The notes under the pieces are model-generated. The model searched no databases and was not told where the DNA came from. It saw nothing but the letters and a program-made list of their open reading frames with translations. This document shows positions 27,764 to 35,600 of a DNA stretch of 64,000 nt, in pieces; the first letter of the stretch is position 1; each line of letters starts with the position of its first letter. Source of the DNA: Octopus vulgaris (Eukaryota); NCBI GenBank assembly GCA_951406725.2, contig OX597835.1:6386001-6450000 (forward strand), written 5' to 3'. Both the position numbers and the translations under genes were made by a program.

Positions 27764-30700
27764 GAAATTTACACAATATGGATTTAGCAGTCAATATATA
27801 TATGTACATACATATTCTATTTTATATTGTATTTATTACATTATATTTTCACAGCTGAGTGTAGAGACATGTGATAAGCTATTCACCAATTGTACCAACT
27901 GGTTTTCCAATAAGAAGGTAATAATTAACTAAATCATATTTAATTACTGTTTATTAGGTTTTGATGTTCAAATGTTTAATGAAGATGTCTAATTCATCCT
28001 TTGAAAAACCACATTCTTACACACATACACACACACACTAAATTCAGCACATATAAATATATATGTGTGTATGTATATAAATATATATATCTATCTATAT
28101 ACCTACCTACCTACCTTCCTACCTGTCTATCTATCTATATAGTTATATATATATATATATATATATACTACTCACGGAGTGGTTGGCGTTAGGAAGGGCA
28201 TCCAGCTGTAGAAACATTGCCAGATAAGACTGGAGCCTGGTGCAGCCTTCTGGCTTCCCAGATCCCCGGTCGAACCGTCCAACCCATGCTAGCATGGAGA
28301 ACGGACGTTAAACGATGATGATGATATATAAAAGAGACCAAAGTGTACATACACCGCTAGCCCATGCTAGCATGGAAAGCGGACTTTAAACGATGATGAA
28401 GATGATAATATAAAAAATACAAAATGGGACAACAAAACATCCAGATAGACGATACAAAGAAAACAAGGACGGGTCATTCGAAGTTTTCTTTCCTCAGTCA
28501 AGTACCAGATTATCTTTGCAATTTCGGCTGATTATACTTGAGATTGCTCCAATCTGGCCAGCTCCAAGGAAAAACTAAGCTAAGATCATTAGATTCCTTA
28601 GAAGAAAGCAGCGAATGGATACAAAAACAATAAAAATAATAACAAGGCTTCATATTATTGTTTCGTCTCTGATTTCTTTTATCTGTCACCTTTCTATCAT
28701 TTCTCTCTCTTTTCACCTGTCTATCCAGCTCCAGTTAAAGATGGTGGCTGCCCAGGTGTCTGGACTTTTTGCAGAGACAGAAAAAATGGACTTCAAGAAG
28801 AGGCTACCTGTGTTTTTACCTCTCCTCACAAAACATACAAGTAAAGATGGTTTTACCAATGTAAGTATCTCTCTATCTGTCGATCAATCTATCTATCTAT
28901 CTATCTGTGTATCTTTGTTTTATGTCTACTTTTCTGTGCCATGCTTCCATGAATTTGACAAAATTTGTCAAGGTAGATTTCCGATGGCATTACGCTCTTC
29001 CTGTTACCTGCTGTCACCTGTTTCCATTCAAAGTAATATTTTCTCCAAGACCAAACATGTTTACAATTTAAAACGTCACCGCTTGAATCACGGTGAAAGT
29101 TGTTCGCAATCGGTACACAATCTGAAGGGAAAGAAATACACGCATTCACACACACACAGACACACATTCGTAGGCCCAGGGCTATAGGAGAAAACACACC
29201 TGCATAGGATATCCACACAATGAGACTAAACCTGAAACCATCACGTGGTTGTGTGGTTAAGAAGCTTGTGTTTCAACCACATGGCCTTGGGTTCAGTCCC
29301 ACTGCACGGCACCTTAGGCAGGCAGGTATTTTGCACTTATAGTCCTTGGCTGACCAAAGCTTTTCCAATGGATCTGGCAGATGGAAACTGAAAGAAGCCC
29401 TTCCTATGTATGTTTGTGTTTGTGTCACTCCTTGCCTTGACATTGTGTGATAGTTGTAAATGAGAGTCCCCGCCATACAAGCAGTGTCTTTTATTTCCAA
29501 TCTTCCGTGAAGAGGTGTCTGGCCATGAGGAAATATCACCTTGCTTGGAAACGGGCGAAGGTTGGCAACAGAAAGAGCATCCAACTTTACAAAATCTGCT
29601 TCAACAAGTTCTGTTCAGCTCATGCAAACATAGCATGGTGGATGTGGTGGTGGTAGTGGTGGTGGCGGTGGCAGCGGCGGCGATGATGACAACGATAACA
29701 CTGTGTAACATGATTTTCGTCCTTGGGTCGCAACTTTTATTTCCCGTTTGCTTAACCCTAGAAAGTATGAACAATGACTAGTATATTTCCTTCAAACTTT
29801 GCTTATTGTTACATTTCTTCAAACCTCAAAGAATTCCTCTCAACACATGGCTATGATGCTCCTCCACTACTCCTACTCTTGATCAGAGATGCACATATTG
29901 CCAGCCACTAAGGAACTTGCTCAAGTAGTTAAAATCAAGCAGGTGACAAGCAAATCTGTGCCATTGAGCAGAATATTTGCTATAACGATATTTCTGCTTC
30001 AGCAAATCTGCACTGAATCTGTGTAAAATGTAATGGAAAATAGGTCAGTTTGAAAGCATTGATGTCCAAGTCAGAAAAGCAAAGTTTGGAATGGATAGTA
30101 GTCATTTCCATTGATTTCTAGACAGAAACAAATAGGAAATAACACTTATAGACCAAAAACAACAAGCAAATCTGTGCCATTGAGCAGGATATCAGCTATA
30201 ACGATATTTCTGCTTCAGCAGATCAGTGCTGAATCTGTGTGAAGTGTAATGGAAAATAGGTCAGTTTGAAAGCATTGATGTCCAGATGACAAAAGCAAAG
30301 TTTAAAGGCAATAGTTGACATTTCCTTTGATTTCTAGACAGAAGCAAATAGGAAATAAAAACTTTGTTACCCACTGTAATACTCTTTTACTTGTTTCAGT
30401 CATTTGACTGTGGCCATGCTGGAGCACCGCCTTTAATCGAGCAACTCGACCCCGGGACTTATTCTTTTTGTAAGCCCAGTACTTATTCTATCGGTCTCTT
30501 TTTGCCGAACCGCTAGGTAACGGGAGCATAAACACACCAGCATCGGTTGTCAAGCAATGCTAGGGGGACAAACACAGGCACACAAGCACAGACACGCATA
30601 TATATATACAACGGGCTTCTTTTCAGTTTCCGTCTACCAAATCCACTCACAAGGCTTTTGGTCGGCCCGAGGCTATAGTAGAAGACACTTGCCCATGGTG

Positions 30701-32604
30701 CCACGCAGTGGGACTGAACCCGGAACCATCTAGTTGGTAATCAAGCTACTTACCACACAGCCACTCCTGCGCCTATATATTTATATGTATATATTTACGT
30801 ATATATTTATCATCAGTCCTCTCTCTCTCTCTCTTATTTTAATTTTAAACTGAAGAATTAAAAAAGACATTTCTTTTTTTTTAATTGCTTCCTTCACTTT
30901 TTGCAGACAAGTTTGACTTCTGTGGAACACGACCAAGATCGCTTGTTATACAACAGCTTAAACACCTTCTTGAAAATAGTGAGGTGCTGTGATGTCTTAC
31001 AAGACAAGAAATTCATCAAAGAGACCAATTCCATCTGGGGTAACATTAACTTTTCTACCTGATCTACCATTCCCTCCCTCTTTCCCCTTCTACCTCTCTC
31101 CTCCCACTCCTCCTCTGTATTTCTAATCAGCCTCTCTCTCTCTCTCTCTTTCTCTCTCTGCAGGTAATGTGCTGGAGTTGATGCTGTACCCCCATATGTG
31201 GGTCCAACTGGTATCGGCCCAGCTCTTGGGTTTGCTCTTCAGTGCCTGGGCCCCACAAAAGTTGGCATCTTCCATCTTTAATGGGGAACAACCGCCAAAC
31301 ACTCCCTATCTGCTCATTGAAGGACAGAAAAAGGTAAGACACACATTTTGGTGGTGGTGGTGGTGTTGATAGTGATGTTGGTGGTGGCAGTGGTGCTGTT
31401 GTTGTTGGTGGTGGTGGTGGTGATGTCATAGGGTGTTTCTATGAATGTGGTGGTTGTGGTATTTAGCTTGGTTTCTACAGCTGGAGGCCCTTCCTAATGT
31501 CAACCACTTTACAGAGTGCACTGGGTGCGTGTGAGAAGCCTGATCTGGCCTGTTTGAGCATAAGACAAGTAGAATATTTGGGCCAGATGTGGCCAGTTTA
31601 AACGCTAATGGTTCAGTTACACTTGAAACTAGTCAAGTAAAAACAGTTTTATTGCAAGGGGGGAGGGTTCAAATAATGATGTATGCATGCCAATGTGTGT
31701 GCGTTTGTGTTTTTGCATGTGTGTGTGTGTGTGCGTGTGTGTACCTTCTACAGTGTACATATGATGTTGATTATTTGGCTGTTCTATGTTGCAGGTTCAC
31801 ACCCTTGTATTAAACAGTATTGGTCAGTTACAGACAACATTGTTACAGAAACAACAAGCTGAACAGGTAAACAAGTCCTCTCTCTTCTTCTCTCTCTCTC
31901 TCTCTCTCTTCTTCTCACTCTCTCTCTCTCTCTTCTTCTCTCTCTCTCTCTCTTCTTTTCACTCTCTCTCTCTCTCTCTCCCTTACAGACTTTCTCTTTT
32001 AAAGTGATCAGAATTAAACCTTACCTTTAAAATTTCATGCTAATTTATATCCCAGGCAACAGCTAATTAACGACTAAGTTGTTTTAGCATATTTTTCATT
32101 ATTTTCAAAATGAATTGAGAGTGAAGCTGCATTTCAATAGGATCACAGTAACAAAAGGGTTGGGCTGATGTTTAGGGCATAACATGAAATTTTGATGCAA
32201 GATTTTAATTTAGATTACTTTAAAATTACCATATTTCTCTTGTAATACTCTTGTAGTGGAATCCTTCTCTCTTTCACTCATTCTCTTTCTCTCTCTCTCT
32301 CTCTCTCTTCTCTTTCACTTATTTTTTTCACTCCTTCCCTGTCTCTTTTACTCATTCTCTCCCTCTCTCATTTCTCTTTTACTTATTCTCTCACTCATTC
32401 CCTGTCTCTTTCATTCATTGTCTCTCTCTCTCTCTCTCTCTCTTGCTTCTCTTCCACTTATTCTTTCACTCATTCTCTCTCTCTCATTTCTCTTTCACTC
32501 ATTCCATGTCTCTTTCATTCATTCTCTCTCATTTTTCTTTCACTTATTCCGTCTCTTTCATTCATTCTCTCTCTCGTTTTTCTTTCACTTATTCTTTCAC
32601 TCAT

Positions 32605-32635
<31 letters not shown>

Positions 32636-35600
32636 TTCTCTCATTTCTCTTTCACTTATTCTCTCACTCATTCCCTGTCTCTTTCATTCATTGTCTCTTT
32701 CTCTCTCTCTCTCTCTCTCTCGTTTCTCTTTCACTTATTCTCTCACTCATTCCCTGTCTCTGTTACTCATTCTGTCTCTCTTTCTCTCTCCAGGCTGTGA
32801 AGAACTTAGTGTTCCTTACCAAGGTCATCAAACACTTGAACATCCTGCAGGGAATATTGAAGGTGAAGGTCAATGAGGCTGAGGGCGAGTCCCAGGGCAG
32901 AGAGGTGAAGGCAGAGGAGACATTGAAAGAAGTAGGAATAAAGACAGTGACAGAGGAGGAGGAGGAGGAGATGAAGGAGAGCATGGATGTTGAAGGAGAA
33001 GAGGAAGATGACGATGATGATGATGATGATGAAGTTGATGAGCTGCAGGAGGAGGAAGAGAAAGAAGAGACAGAGGAAGAGGAGGATGAAGAAGAAGAAG
33101 AGGAGGAGGAGGAAGAGGAAGTAGAAAAAGGAGAGGCAATAGCAGATGAGGATATTGGTGAACCTGTCGGAGTGGAAGGAAAGGAGGAAGAAATGGATGT
33201 AGAAGAGGAGGATGAGGATGAGGAGGAAGACGACGGAGAAAAAGAGGGTGAGAAGGAAGATGAAGGTCCCGGAGAGTACAGGGTGTCTCTACCCTGGGTC
33301 ACACGTAAAATGATCCATGAGGCTCATTACGAAAACATTCACAACCCGAGAAGTGTATTGAAGGTGAGATGGTGTATGATTTTGCCTTATTCTTTTGCAC
33401 ACACACACATACACTCTCACACACACACACACACTCACATACACACACATATTTTTTATTTCTTGGGTCTTTTACTTGTTTCAGTTATTAGACTGGCCAT
33501 ACTGGAGCACCACTCTAAAGAATTTTAATTGAACAAATCGACCTTAGTACTTACTTATTTTCTTCTTTTTTTTTAAACCTGGTATTTATTCCGTCATTCT
33601 CTCTTACTGAACTGCTAAGTTATGGGGATGTAAACACACCAACACCAGTTATCAAGTGGTGGTGGGAGACAAACAAAGACACACACACTTAGCAGGCTTC
33701 TTTCAGCTTCTGCTTACCAATTCCACTCACAGGGCTTTGTTCGGTCCAGAAAACACATGCCCAATGTGCCACGCAGTGGGACTGAACCTGGAACCCTGTG
33801 GTCAAGAAGCAAGCTTCTTACTGCACAGCCATGCCTGTGCCTCTGTTTCTATTCATATGCTTCTCTGTACTAAAAGAGAGGAGATGTACAGGTTTCTCTA
33901 TTAAATGTGGCTTTGGGTACGTTTATCATCATCATCGTCATTTAATAGGGGTGTATAACACTATCTATATACACAAATATATAGGCGCAGGAGTGGCTGT
34001 GTGGTAAGTAGCTTGCTAACCAACCACATGGTTCCGGGTTCAGTCCCACTGCATGGCATCTTCGGCAAGTGTGTTCTGCTATAGCCCCGGGCCAACCAAT
34101 GCCTTGTGAGTGGATTTGGTAGACGGAAACTGAAAGAAGCCTGTCGTATGTATATATGTGTATGTGTGTGTGTGTTTGTCCCCCTAGCATTGCTTGACAA
34201 CCGATGCTGGTGTGTTTACGTCCCCGTCACTTAGCGGTTCGGCAAAAGAAACTGATAGAATAAGTCCCGGGGTCGATTTGCTCGACTAAAGGCGGTGCTC
34301 CAGCATATCCGCAGTCAAATGACTGAAACAAGTAAAAGAGTATATTATTATTGTTGTTGTTGTTGTTATCATCAAGGTAGTGAGGTGTTGTAATCTGAAT
34401 GTCTCTTCCTCGTTATAGCGATCGTATGTCTTTAAATGGTTTGCCGCTGTTGCCATTGATCTGGGACCGGAACTCCTGGCAGACATCATACACATTGCTC
34501 TCCCTGCTCTCCATCGAGAACTCAATAACACCAGAAGAATGCCAGGTTGGTGCCTCTTCACCATTCTTACCTTATTCACCTTTTCTATTCCTACATCTTT
34601 CCTCTTCTTTCCTTTCTTCCTTTCTCCTTTCTTTCCTTCCTGATGTTCTACCTGCTGAGACATTGTTAGCATGCTGGACGAAATGCTTAGCGGTATTTCA
34701 TCTAAAGGCGGCGAGATGGCAGAAACGTTAGCACGCCAGGCGAAATGCCTAGCGGTATTTCGTCTGCCGTTACATTCTCATTTCAAATTCCGCCGAGGTC
34801 GACTTTGCCTTTCATCCTTTCAGGGTCGATTAAATAAGTACCAGTTACGCACTGGGGTCGATACAATCGACTTAATCCGTTTGTCTGTCCTTGTTTATGA
34901 TATCTGTGTTTAGCCCCTTGTGGGTAATAAAGAAATAGGTATTTTGTCTGCCGCTACGTTCTGAGCTCAAATTCCGCCGAGGTCAACTTTGCCTTTCATC
35001 CTTTCAGGGTCGATTAAATAAGTACCAGTTACGCACTGGGGTCAATACAATCGACTTAATCCGTTTGTCTGTCCTTGTTTGTCCTCTCTGTATTTAGCCC
35101 CTTGTGGGTAGTATAGAAATAGGTATTTCGTCTGCTGCTATGTTCTGAGCTCAAATTCCGCCGAGGTCAACTTTGCCTTTCATCCTTTCGGGGTTGATAA
35201 ATTGAGTACCAGTGAAGTACATGGATCGATGTAATTGACTATGCCCCTCCCCCAAAATTACTGCCCTTGTGGCAAAATTTGAAGCCATTATTATTATTAT
35301 TATTATCATTATTATTATTATTATTATTATTTCAGATCCAAAGTTAAAAGCACTGACCCAAGAAGTGTTGGAACTGTTAAAGAAAACAGTTGGCACCACC
35401 GTCTTCTCAGAGAAGTTTGCTCAAGCACAGAAAATACGGATGGAGCGAATTTCCTCCCGTAAACAGAAGAGAGCAGTTGAGGTGAGTTATTCCACTATTT
35501 TCTGCACTTCACTTCACTTGCTGAGTAACACCGATGAAGGGGGACCAGCAGCATTTATTCACATAACTGGGTTTTATGCTTGCGTAATTAAGTCTGCTGG

